Part shown: positions 49,041-58,138 of the stretch, in pieces
Numbering within the stretch: the stretch's first letter is position 1
Layout of the letters: each line of letters starts with the position of its first letter
Source of the DNA: a virus
Lineage: Duplodnaviria > Caudoviricetes
Virus record (IMG/VR): IMGVR_UViG_3300010882_000012
Length of the DNA stretch: 64,000 bases
Reading direction: 5' to 3' (one strand)
Made by a program: the position numbers and the translations under genes
The notes under the pieces: generated by a model
Databases searched by the model: none
What the model saw: only the letters and a program-made list of their open reading frames with translations
Told to the model about the DNA's origin: nothing

Positions 49041-49874
49041 TTAGATCCATTCTATTACAGTCGGATCATAGTTTTTGTACATCGGAGTTTTGTAATCCTT
49101 TTCTGTTAATTTGTACCATTGAAAGTGTTTTGCAAGTTCGTTAAATTCTTTCACAACTTCTTTTTTAATTTTCTTGTTGTCAAAACGATAGTGTGAAAAA
49201 GTCATACCACAATCTGAATCAGTGTAAGAATCACATGCCGATTTTGTAATTTTAATAGCTTTTTCTATTGCTTCTAAAACAGTCTCTCTTGTTACTAATG
49301 GTATTTCTTCAACTGGTTCCGGTTCATTAATAACATTGATGTGATTAAGTTTTAAAATTGCAATTGCTTGACGATGAGATTCATCTGTAACACAAGCACA
49401 ACAACTTGCATCTACAGTAATTTTGGCTTTACGATAGATTGCTGATAAGATAATAGCATTTTGTAAAACACAAATTCCGGTACACAATCCAAAAAGTTCA
49501 ATTTCATCAATATCCTCTTCATAGATATTATAGGATTCAAAAAACTCTTGCCATTTTACAGTACCATGTGCAAACTTTGTAATAGCACTTGAATTTTGTT
49601 CTAAGAGTTCTTTCAGTTCCGGATGTAATTCAGCTCCAGGAGTATCATAAACACAATGACATACACGTAAGTCTCTACCTTCTAAAGTATGCTCATACTT
49701 GTATGGATCCATTGGATGATTATGGTTGTCAAAAGAATGTGCAATAAAATCTCCATTCTCTATGGCTTTTTCAATTTTAGTTTTACAGTTTGCTATGATA
49801 GCATGTGCATGTGGAGAACCTAAAGTTCCTGTAATAAAATCATTTTCTAAGTCGATTGCTAAAGTAATTTTCAT
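49041..49874 (-). CDS. pncA: Nicotinamidase (isochorismatase family) with extra C-terminal domain
   Basis: AIDLENDF..GTL, metal-binding D-x-H and HC, TKF, GLCTGICV catalytic Cys; adjacent to nadE. Confidence 0.8.
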   Translation of the reverse strand: MKITLAIDLENDFITGTLGSPHAHAIIANCKTKIEKAIENGDFIAHSFDNHNHPMDPYKYEHTLEGRDLRVCHCVYDTPGAELHPELKELLEQNSSAITKFAHGTVKWQEFFESYNIYEEDIDEIELFGLCTGICVLQNAIILSAIYRKAKITVDASCCACVTDESHRQAIAILKLNHINVINEPEPVEEIPLVTRETVLEAIEKAIKITKSACDSYTDSDCGMTFSHYRFDNKKIKKEVVKEFNELAKHFQWYKLTEKDYKTPMYKNYDPTVIEWI

Positions 49875-49886
49875 ATGATTAAGTTT

Positions 49887-50780
49887 TTAAAGTTGAACAT
49901 TTTTAATTAATTTGAACATTGGTATGGCTTTAAGTTTATGCTGCGACATCAGATTTCTTCCCATTACTGTTTTCACTATACCGGGTCGGATATTTTCATT
50001 TGCAATAAATTCCGGTGTCGCATAAAGTATGAAATCATCAAGTTGTTCATATGAAAATCCAAGTTCTTCTTCATCAGATTGACCTTCCCAAAGATCAGCA
50101 CTTGGTTTTTCATTGATGATAGATTTCGGAACACCAAGATATTCAGCAAGAACATAAACCTCTCTTTTTGTGCACCAACCGAGAGGATTAAGGTCACATG
50201 CACCATCGCCCCATTTTGTAAAATAGCCACAATAACGTTCTGAAAGATTGCCGGTACCTATTACAAAACGACTCATGAGTTGTGCCATTTGATAAAGGTG
50301 ATTCATTCGGATACGAGCACAAACATTAGCTTTTGCCAGATTTGCTGCTTCTGGTGTAAAAGATTTATCCCAAAAAAGACTATTTTCTGTAACAAGCATA
50401 GAATTGACTGTTTTGGTAATATTAAAAGTTTGCCATTCAAAGTCAAACTTGTCAACTAATTTCACACAGCGCTGCATAGAAGAGTTGTTTCCTCTTGACA
50501 TGGATTCTCCATAAGGCATGGATATGAGTTGCACCGGTACATTTGCAATTTGACAAAGTCTTGCAACAACAGAGCAATCTACACCGCCTGACATGCCAAG
50601 TACAACACCTTTGCGATTTGCTTTTGCTACAGCATTTGCAATCCAATCTGACATAAGATTAGCATAATGTGCAACATTTTTACTATCAATAATTTCTTGT
50701 TTTAGTTGAGCCGGCATGGGACAACTTTTGTTTAAATTTTCAGTATTTTCCATTTTTGTAATTTTAGAGGTTGTAAACAC
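49887..50780 (-). CDS. nadE: NH3-dependent NAD+ synthetase
   Basis: VLGMSGGVDC, ARIRM, GTGNLSE..GYFTKWGDG, KPSADLWEGQSDEEELG. Confidence 0.93.
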   Translation of the reverse strand: MFTTSKITKMENTENLNKSCPMPAQLKQEIIDSKNVAHYANLMSDWIANAVAKANRKGVVLGMSGGVDCSVVARLCQIANVPVQLISMPYGESMSRGNNSSMQRCVKLVDKFDFEWQTFNITKTVNSMLVTENSLFWDKSFTPEAANLAKANVCARIRMNHLYQMAQLMSRFVIGTGNLSERYCGYFTKWGDGACDLNPLGWCTKREVYVLAEYLGVPKSIINEKPSADLWEGQSDEEELGFSYEQLDDFILYATPEFIANENIRPGIVKTVMGRNLMSQHKLKAIPMFKLIKNVQL

Positions 50781-52461
50781 GTTTCATTTCTTTATTATAG
50801 AGAACTTTAATTTCATCCCATGAATTTAAGTAATAAAATTCTCCATCTTTGTAGAATTCTTTGAGTAAGTTTTTGTCTCCATATGCATCTGCTTCTTCAG
50901 GAGTCAAGTTGTCAATCATAGCATAGTTGTTTTTAGATTCATCCCAAATAACAACCGGTATACCGGTAGGAGATTTTTTAAAACTGTTCTTTTCAGATTT
51001 TACGAGTTTTTGAATTTTTTTGAAAACACCTGACATGATTTCTGCAATTCCTTTTAATGCAAAACCAAACGTATCTCTCGTAACATACTGATAAGTGAAT
51101 GAACCAATTCCAAAGCTAACGTTAATACTTGCAAATCCTTTGTCTCTAAGACGTTTGCAAATTTTGAAACATCTCTCAATTGTAATAGCATCACCGTAAG
51201 TAATTCCAATATGAGAATCATGTTCCTTAAAACCGTTTGCGTTTACAGTGCCACCGAATTCATTCCAAAGTGCTTCACACAATCCCAAATCTTCTACAGT
51301 CGGTGTGTACTCTTCATAGATATCTTTCCATGGATGATAAGCCGAAATCGAATGATCATCTTCTCTTGTTACTTTCCACCAGCTTCCATCTTTTAATCTG
51401 AAAATAACGCCTAATCTCATTTCAGCAAAACCATTATTATGATAGTATTTCTTTGCTTCTGCCATGGTTAAGAAAATTTTTGTTTCTCTTCCACAAACAA
51501 CTTCAACCGGATCACCACTGTCAGGGCGGATGAAAACTTTTCCAGGTCTTGATAAAATTTGAGGTTTTATCTCCGGCAATACAGTAGAGATAACATTCCA
51601 AAAATCGTAAGTATCTGAAACAATTGAGATGTTGCCGCTTGGATACTTCTTTGTAATAAGAGTAAGAAATCCACGAACCTCATCAATTCCCCAACTACAC
51701 ATTACAGAATGTTCGGTTGACGGATTACAAGAAATAGCTCCTTTTGGTTTTTGATAAAAAGCTTTAAGATAATTACGGACAGGAACAGTAGCTGAAACAT
51801 TAAAAGCAAGTAGATGTCCAGGACCTGTGCGATATGCTGCTTCCGGTTGATTCATGCCTCTCATTGAAAAGTCGCCGGCTTGATTATCAACTCGGACTTC
51901 ATCTACACCTGTTTCTCTTGCAAATTGGATGAGAATTTTTTTGTAAACGGATGAGATAGTCCCGGATGTCATTGGACTCCAGATGTAAGAAGAAAGTTGA
52001 GTTTCGATATAGCCAGGAATCCAGAAAAATCTTGGATCTGTATTCTCAATAGTAAACATTGCAACGCCAATAGGTACAAAAGTACCTTCCGCAAGTGCTT
52101 TTACCTTAATAGGAAGATATCCTAAAGCATGTAAAGCCCTAACATGTTCAGAACCATGATTAGCCGCCCATTCTGGATTTGTCTTTTTAAAGATATCTGT
52201 AATGGTCTCTTCGTATTCTGCAACTACATCTTCAACAGGTCTAGAGAAAAAGTAATCTTGGAAATTTTGTGTGATTTCTGCTAAAGCTCCTTGTAAAGAG
52301 TAAAAGCATACATGGTTAATTCCTTCTGCTCGTGACATCCGTGGAATCCAAGTTTCTAAAATCCATTCAATACCATCAGGATATTGGGACATGTGACAAA
52401 TTTTGTAGACATCTGTCATGTCCATTGGATTTTTGATCATTCTGTCGTTTAATTGAAACAT
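50764..52461 (-). CDS. NAMPT/NadV-family pyridine transferase, probably nicotinate-accepting
   Basis: TDVYKICH, DFSMRG, STEHS, SIVSDTYD, FIRPDSGDP, YGDAI, FGIGS, TRDTFGFA; SAT in place of the usual TDT. Confidence 0.9.
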   Translation of the reverse strand: MFQLNDRMIKNPMDMTDVYKICHMSQYPDGIEWILETWIPRMSRAEGINHVCFYSLQGALAEITQNFQDYFFSRPVEDVVAEYEETITDIFKKTNPEWAANHGSEHVRALHALGYLPIKVKALAEGTFVPIGVAMFTIENTDPRFFWIPGYIETQLSSYIWSPMTSGTISSVYKKILIQFARETGVDEVRVDNQAGDFSMRGMNQPEAAYRTGPGHLLAFNVSATVPVRNYLKAFYQKPKGAISCNPSTEHSVMCSWGIDEVRGFLTLITKKYPSGNISIVSDTYDFWNVISTVLPEIKPQILSRPGKVFIRPDSGDPVEVVCGRETKIFLTMAEAKKYYHNNGFAEMRLGVIFRLKDGSWWKVTREDDHSISAYHPWKDIYEEYTPTVEDLGLCEALWNEFGGTVNANGFKEHDSHIGITYGDAITIERCFKICKRLRDKGFASINVSFGIGSFTYQYVTRDTFGFALKGIAEIMSGVFKKIQKLVKSEKNSFKKSPTGIPVVIWDESKNNYAMIDNLTPEEADAYGDKNLLKEFYKDGEFYYLNSWDEIKVLYNKEMKRVYNL

Positions 52462-52668
52462 TTTAAAATTTTTGATTATTGTTTTAATTTGTCATGTTTT
52501 GATAAAGTGTGCATTGCAAGAATCCTAAGAATCTTTTGATAGAAGAAAATTGCTATAGGGATTAAAACCAACCATATAGAAATTTCAATAATAGTTGCAA
52601 GTTTTAAGACAAGCAAAATTATTGAAACTAAAATTAGTCCCAATCCGGGTAATAAAAATTTTCTTGCT

Positions 52669-52863
52669 TTAGTTTTCATTGAGTGATTCTATCATGTCAA
52701 TTGAAACTACAAGAAGGTTGTTATAATCACCACTCATAGCTTCTTTTCTGTAGTTGTTAATTTCTTCATTAGTCTTTTTCTCTGCTTTCATACAAGAAGA
52801 GACATAGCCCATAACGGAATAGGCATTACCATCTATTCCTACTAAATCATAAGGTTTTTTCAT
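52669..52863 (-). CDS. Small hypothetical phage protein
   Basis: LVGIDGNAYSVMG...AMSGDYNNLL. Confidence 0.75.
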   Translation of the reverse strand: MKKPYDLVGIDGNAYSVMGYVSSCMKAEKKTNEEINNYRKEAMSGDYNNLLVVSIDMIESLNEN

Positions 52864-53512
52864 GTTTTTGATATTTTGATTAAATTTTGTAGTCGTTTGG
52901 AATATTGAGGATAATGTAAATACCTCTATTAACTTGTGAGATATGACCAGCTCTAATTAAAGCATTAAATTCTTTAATAGCGGCTTGTTTTCCTGTTTCA
53001 CTATAATTACTTGTTCTCCATTGATAATTGAAGATAAAATTATGGCGTGTCATTGTTGCACCTATCTCTTTAAAAGATTGTAATACTTGAGTTGTTGTTT
53101 GTGAATATAATTTTGCCATATCTTTAAATTTTAATAAGTGTCCTTTTTTGTGAGTATCATTATTTTAAATTTCGTTTATTGTACTGTTCTTGATAATGAG
53201 CAATATTTTCTTCCATCTCTTCAATAGTTATCAAGTTTAATGCTTGTAATTCTTTTTGTCTTTCGGTGAGAAACTTTAGTAAAGTCTCACTCATTACGAT
53301 ATTGGTCTTTTCTGCCATATTAAATCCTTTCTTTCATTGGTTCAACAATAATTTGTTCGCTGCAATTTGGACAAAAGATGTAATTAACTTGTGGATTACC
53401 TTCTCCAGGATATGCATGGAGTTTGTAGTCTTGAGTCATGTAACCGATTCTTTTATTACAATACTTGCACTTTGTTTCAAAGTGATGATTTTCTATTACG
53501 TGTGCCATGTTT

Positions 53513-53752
53513 CTAAAGTTTTTCTAAAATTACTGTTACTATTGACATAATGGAAATTATAATCCAAAAGCCGGTTGTGAGAAATCCCATAAGAAGTTTT
53601 GCATTATCCCAAGCCCAAGATTTTGGTGTCCAATTTTTGTTACCTTTGCGATATTCACTACGATTAACTTAATCTGCTATAATAGCAACTAAAATTGTAA
53701 TAACAGTGAAAATTGATATGGAGACTATTCCCCAAAAAGTGATGTTTACCAT
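53513..53752 (-). pseudogene. Two-TM protein interrupted by in-frame TAA; similar layout to 53760..53957
   Basis: MVNITFWGIVSISIFTVITILVAIIAD*VNRSEY...LLMGFLTTGFWIIISIMSIV. Confidence 0.55.
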
Positions 53753-53966
53753 AGTTTTATTATTTAAATAATGATGTGATATAAGCTGTGAGAACAAACA
53801 TGATTATGATAAGAGCAACAGTACATGCAAATTTTCCCATTCTTACGTAAAAAGATTCTAATCCATCAGGATTTACTGCTTCCCATCTTTGTTCTATGAT
53901 TGTTGAAATTGTTGCTATAACAATTACTACAATTATTAAGGTAATCCAAAAAATCATACTAACCTC

Positions 53967-54425
53967 CTATCTTTGAAAATAAACAACTACAGTAGGTATA
54001 GATTCTCCGAGTACATTAACATCACTTGCAAAAGTAACAAAAGTGACCGGATAAAACTCTTCGCCATCTTGAATTAAAACTGGATAATTTTCAGTTTTTT
54101 CTTCTTCTGAAAACCAACGATTGATAGAACGTGTAATTTCATTAGAAACAATAGGTTCTAAATTAGGTTCAGCAATAGCACCATGTTCTGGAATACAATA
54201 ATTGTTTTCCATATCTACAGTGTTTAAAGTTTTTAAAACTAAAACGGTTTCATTGATTTGATTTCCTTCTGCGTCTTGTTTTGTGTGAAGATCGAAGATA
54301 TCATAATCAACAATCCATTCAGAAACTGCATCTTGTTCATCTGCATCAGCAAGTACTGCTTCTACTGGAGTTAATTTAGGTGCTTGTAAAGCTTCTAAAT
54401 CTGATAAAAATTGTTTAGTATTCAT
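53967..54425 (-). CDS. Acidic hypothetical protein (start MNTKQ)
   Basis: First gene after promoter copy 15. Confidence 0.7.
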   Translation of the reverse strand: MNTKQFLSDLEALQAPKLTPVEAVLADADEQDAVSEWIVDYDIFDLHTKQDAEGNQINETVLVLKTLNTVDMENNYCIPEHGAIAEPNLEPIVSNEITRSINRWFSEEEKTENYPVLIQDGEEFYPVTFVTFASDVNVLGESIPTVVVYFQR

Positions 54426-54444
54426 TTTGATTAATTTTGATACC

Positions 54445-54523
54445 ACAAAAATAGCATAATTTTCTTTACCATGTTGTTTAAAAAGAGAAAAGTTACTAAC
54501 AATTTGTGATGCCAGTAACTTTT
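54445..54523 (-). promoter_or_regulatory. Promoter motif copy 15 fused to terminator; nearest motif upstream of the NAD operon
   Basis: AAAAGTTACTGGC-atcacaaatt-GTTAGTAACTTTT. Confidence 0.8.
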
Positions 54524-55000
54524 ACTCTATTTCCCATTCTCTTTCTTCTGTGGTTGCTTCCGACTGAACTACAAACTCTGGGAGAAGTTTGTTTCTCGTT
54601 TCACAAATTCAAGATACGTCTCACCACCAGATATTACCTGAATCTCCACGAGCTTAAATTCGATATGTTCTATACCTACTCGTTCTCTTAGTACTAATTA
54701 GATTAATTAAAGTTAGCGTTCTCATCAATTTCTCTGCTTAGTTATCATCAATCAAAATTCTATTTTATTATGCGCAAGTTTTAAAAAGTTTTAGAATTGT
54801 TGGAAAAAAATTGAAATTTTATCCGGTCTTTCATGTGCTTTACAAACTAAAGATTGACAACCGATTTCTTTTAGTGCACATTGTTGACAATCATTTAGTT
54901 GATATGATTTTACTACTTTGTATCGATTTCCTTTAAATCGGCATGTAGTTCCTAACTCTATGAAAAACTTTTTCTTCTTTTTCATATACTATCTATTTTA

Positions 55001-55030
55001 TAAAAAGAGCCTCAGATTTCTCTAAGGCTC
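55001..55030 (-). terminator. Intrinsic terminator
   Basis: AGAGCCTTAGA-gaaa-TCTGAGGCTCT + T-run. Confidence 0.8.
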
Positions 55031-55129
55031 TAGATGGTGGACCATCATGATTGCCGGTCTAATTTAATCATCCGGATGATGGTCCTTCCTGCCTGGCGAG
55101 GACTGCATTTCACCAGTCCGGAAAGTGTG

Positions 55130-55486
55130 TTATGATAACGGTTGTGAAGTTGTTGCACACCATGGACCTCTATTAGCTGCCCAGGACGTCTCACAACGGA
55201 GATTGATACTTGGAATAGCATAACAAACTTTGAGGTCACCAAGGTGGTCATTTACGCCCAAAAATTGAGCATCACGATAACCATATGCTTTGGCATATTT
55301 TTCAAAACGACTACGGATTGTTCTAACCGTACTTGCCCATTTTCTACGACCTTCTGAATTGTTGAGGGAGATAATGGTACTTTGAAGTGCACGATAAACA
55401 CCGTCACGACAATTTTCGTAAACTGCATTTGTACTTACAGCTTCTTCACGAGCTGATGTTGCTGGATTTTCTTTTTTTACTGACAT
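55130..55486 (-). CDS. Hypothetical protein (start corrected to MSVKK)
   Basis: ATG follows the promoter leader. Confidence 0.7.
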   Translation of the reverse strand: MSVKKENPATSAREEAVSTNAVYENCRDGVYRALQSTIISLNNSEGRRKWASTVRTIRSRFEKYAKAYGYRDAQFLGVNDHLGDLKVCYAIPSINLRCETSWAANRGPWCATTSQPLS

Positions 55487-55518
55487 GATTTTAAATTTTG
55501 ATTGATTAACTTTGTAAC

Positions 55519-55596
55519 GTAAAAATACAGCTTTTATCTTTACGATAAGATTTAAAAAGAAAAAAGTTACTAACAATTTTCATGTAGTAACTTTTC
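55519..55596 (-). promoter_or_regulatory. Promoter motif copy 16 fused to terminator hairpin
   Basis: AAAAGTTACTAC...GTTAGTAACTTTT. Confidence 0.85.
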
Positions 55597-55623
55597 TCCA
55601 CTCATTAAAACAACTTACTGCCA

Positions 55624-56355
55624 TTAGCAAGTTAAACAATCTCCATTATGATCGGTCTTTTTGGTGTACATCTTACCATCACTCATGTCTTGTTCGGTAA
55701 TTTCTTCTTCATAGATATCTCCGTCTTCTGTTTCATCTTCCTCTTCCTCATACTCTTCACCATTTGCAAGACATCTAACACGATATTCTTCTTTTGTTAA
55801 GAGTTCCATTTGTTCTACGTAGGTTTCTGTTTCCATTGCTAATGGTAATTGAAAAGTACCGAGTAAACGACAGGGACCATATCTTCCATCTTTTGTTTCT
55901 CCATATCGGTTGCAACCTGATGGATCTTCATAATCCTGGAATCCTCTCCAAAATTCTAAAACATTATCATCTAAATTGATGATGTAAGCATACTCACAAA
56001 AAAGACTATCTAAGATAAAATTATTGTGATTTGGCATGTAAGGAATTCCCTCTTTGTAAACTGCCAGATTTCCTTGTGCTTTTCTAAGTAAGCAATACCA
56101 ATCTGAAGTTGATTGTTCAGAAACTCCCAAATCTGTCCAAGGTTCGCATTTTTTGATTTGTTCTGGAGTTGGTGTAGAATTATTAGTATCAATTAACTCA
56201 ATTCTATCGTAGATTTCATTAAGTTCTTTAATACTAACAGATTTGCAAAAATCCACCACTTCATTTCCTAACCATTCAGGATAAGAATCAAAGTGATTGT
56301 AGGTTAATTTGTCTTCGTTGTTTTTACGAAAACCATAAGCACCGCGTGTTCCCAT
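55624..56355 (-). CDS. Hypothetical phage protein with acidic tail
   Basis: MGTRG...YNHFDSYPEWLG...CEYAYIINLD. Confidence 0.8.
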   Translation of the reverse strand: MGTRGAYGFRKNNEDKLTYNHFDSYPEWLGNEVVDFCKSVSIKELNEIYDRIELIDTNNSTPTPEQIKKCEPWTDLGVSEQSTSDWYCLLRKAQGNLAVYKEGIPYMPNHNNFILDSLFCEYAYIINLDDNVLEFWRGFQDYEDPSGCNRYGETKDGRYGPCRLLGTFQLPLAMETETYVEQMELLTKEEYRVRCLANGEEYEEEEDETEDGDIYEEEITEQDMSDGKMYTKKTDHNGDCLTC

Positions 56356-56372
56356 TTTAATGTAATTTAAAG

Positions 56373-56660
56373 TTAGTTATTGTTTGATTTAAGATTAGAA
56401 ACTTGAATACAATACTGATTAACTTGAAAATCAGTTAGATAACCAAGAACATCGGAAGTGATATCTGTTTCATAACAAAGATTCCAATTTTCAGAATTTC
56501 CTTCTAAAATTGCAAGCTCCCAAAGTCCTTCTGTCCCGCCATAAGAGTAAGGATGCTGAACTACAGAAACACCATAGCCATTTGTCCAAAAATTGATGTA
56601 TTGTATACCGCCAAAATCGGGTGTTGAAAATTCAAAATTTTTAAAATTCATCTCTTCCAT
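56373..56660 (-). CDS. Hypothetical phage protein
   Basis: NGYGVSVV...SYGGTEGLWELAIL...DVLGYLT. Confidence 0.75.
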   Translation of the reverse strand: MEEMNFKNFEFSTPDFGGIQYINFWTNGYGVSVVQHPYSYGGTEGLWELAILEGNSENWNLCYETDITSDVLGYLTDFQVNQYCIQVSNLKSNNN

Positions 56661-56673
56661 ATTTTTTTTGTTT

Positions 56674-57090
56674 TTAGTTATTATAGTATTTAAAATTTAC
56701 TCGAGGACAAACATCACAAAGAAAAGTCCTGCCCATATTACACTTAATAAAAGAATTGTATTCACATCCTTTTGATCTTTTCTTTCCTTTGATATCTGGT
56801 AATCCAGATTCCCCATCTCTATCAAACCAAGTTGTCAACTCATAATATTGATATGGTTCTTCATTAGGACCTGCAAAGTATTCAAAGTAAACATCTTTAT
56901 TATCATCTCTATTTTGTGACTCACATGCTATCTGTTCACAAAAATCTTCACCATAACAATAAAAAACACAAAGACCTTTACAAGGTACATTAAAGTGATG
57001 TTCTGTAATAATAATTTTTCCCCAATTTTCTGTTTCTATGATAGAGCCTATTGCTAAGTCGTAATATTCTAGATTTTTCATTTTAGACAT
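56674..57090 (-). CDS. Cys-rich hypothetical protein
   Basis: 138-aa ORF. Confidence 0.65.
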   Translation of the reverse strand: MSKMKNLEYYDLAIGSIIETENWGKIIITEHHFNVPCKGLCVFYCYGEDFCEQIACESQNRDDNKDVYFEYFAGPNEEPYQYYELTTWFDRDGESGLPDIKGKKRSKGCEYNSFIKCNMGRTFLCDVCPRVNFKYYNN

Positions 57091-57158
57091 CTCTTTTTAA
57101 TTTAATATGATAAACTTTCAAAAAGTTTTAATTTTCCAATAGTAAAGAGAAGATTTTT

Positions 57159-57470
57159 CTAGAACAATTCAAAATTACATTTAGGATTTTCACAATATTT
57201 ACAAGCATGAAAATTTTCACAATTTTGATTATCTTTTCGGATATGATCGAAAAGTACTGCTTTAAAATCTACAGCATAATTACAGTGTTCAAAACAAGGC
57301 GCGTTTTCTAAAGTACAATTGATTACTTCTTCTACTACCATTTTTTCTGCAACATAGTTAGTTACAGTTTTTCTTTCCCGATAAGGACAAAGTGTTAAGT
57401 GTTGGTCTATTGCAAGTTTCGCAATTTTTGAAATCTTTTCTTTCAATAGATTACCATTTTCTACTTCCAT
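57159..57470 (-). CDS. Cys-rich hypothetical protein
   Basis: 103-aa ORF. Confidence 0.65.
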   Translation of the reverse strand: MEVENGNLLKEKISKIAKLAIDQHLTLCPYRERKTVTNYVAEKMVVEEVINCTLENAPCFEHCNYAVDFKAVLFDHIRKDNQNCENFHACKYCENPKCNFELF

Positions 57471-57494
57471 TCTTTTGTTATTAATTTCTATTAT

Positions 57495-58127
57495 TTATTC
57501 CAACCTTTTAACTCTGTACCATATTTGCCATTTTCTATTATAGTCTGAACCACTATGTAAATGCTTTGTTAATTTTAATCCGGTTGCAACAATTTCTTTT
57601 TCATTTTGAATATAAATAGAACCTTTTGGAATTATTGCCTCATAAATTCTGTGAGGAAACCAAAGATGTGCTTTTTTATAATCTTCTTTAATAATGTCTT
57701 CTATTGTATTATAAGCATGTAAACCAGATTCAATAGTTGCTTCTACTCTTAAATCATCCACATTAAGATTTTTGCCTACAAGTTTGGCTTCTTTAAAAGA
57801 ACTATCAAGTGCCATATTAAGAACTTTCATTTTTACAAAAGCTTTTTCTTCATCTAATTTTGATTTATCATTAGGTATGCAATTAGGACAATTAATTGAT
57901 TCTTGTATCTTAATAGATTTTTGATCATTTTCTAAAGACCATGTTTGAATCTCACACCAAATACTTGAAAATCTTATTTTACCTACTCTGTATCCGCTTC
58001 CAGGATAATAAGGTCCTTGTAATTTTTCACCTTTTGGATTGTTCGCCACATACTCAATTACTTTGTAACATTTGATATCTTCTGTAGCAATTTTAAATCT
58101 TGAATTTTCTCTTATTGTAAAGCACAT
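57495..58127 (-). CDS. MC(L/F)...GLH...IPKG family paralogue 1
   Basis: KIATEDIKCYKV, GPYY, SGLHAY, AIIPKGS. Confidence 0.8.
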   Translation of the reverse strand: MCFTIRENSRFKIATEDIKCYKVIEYVANNPKGEKLQGPYYPGSGYRVGKIRFSSIWCEIQTWSLENDQKSIKIQESINCPNCIPNDKSKLDEEKAFVKMKVLNMALDSSFKEAKLVGKNLNVDDLRVEATIESGLHAYNTIEDIIKEDYKKAHLWFPHRIYEAIIPKGSIYIQNEKEIVATGLKLTKHLHSGSDYNRKWQIWYRVKRLE

Positions 58128-58138
58128 AATATTTTGTT

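Noticed and set aside
55092-55125. Hammerhead-like CUGGCGA-GGACUG/CAGUCC-GGAAA on the + strand
   Set aside because: Two core deviations, no clear stems I and III, and on the strand opposite to transcription.
19506-55576. Shared IVSNFF-type N-terminal peptide in several track ORFs (19041, 36939, 47003, 48638; related extension in 55130)
   Set aside because: Artefact of translating through the promoter motif from upstream alternative starts; real ATGs follow the A-rich leader.
10357-55577. Repeated GTTACTAACAAT motif as a CRISPR array or integron attC set
   Set aside because: Copies are 0.17-13 kb apart with genes between them, have a fixed position relative to gene starts, and no cas or integrase gene is recognisable in the window.
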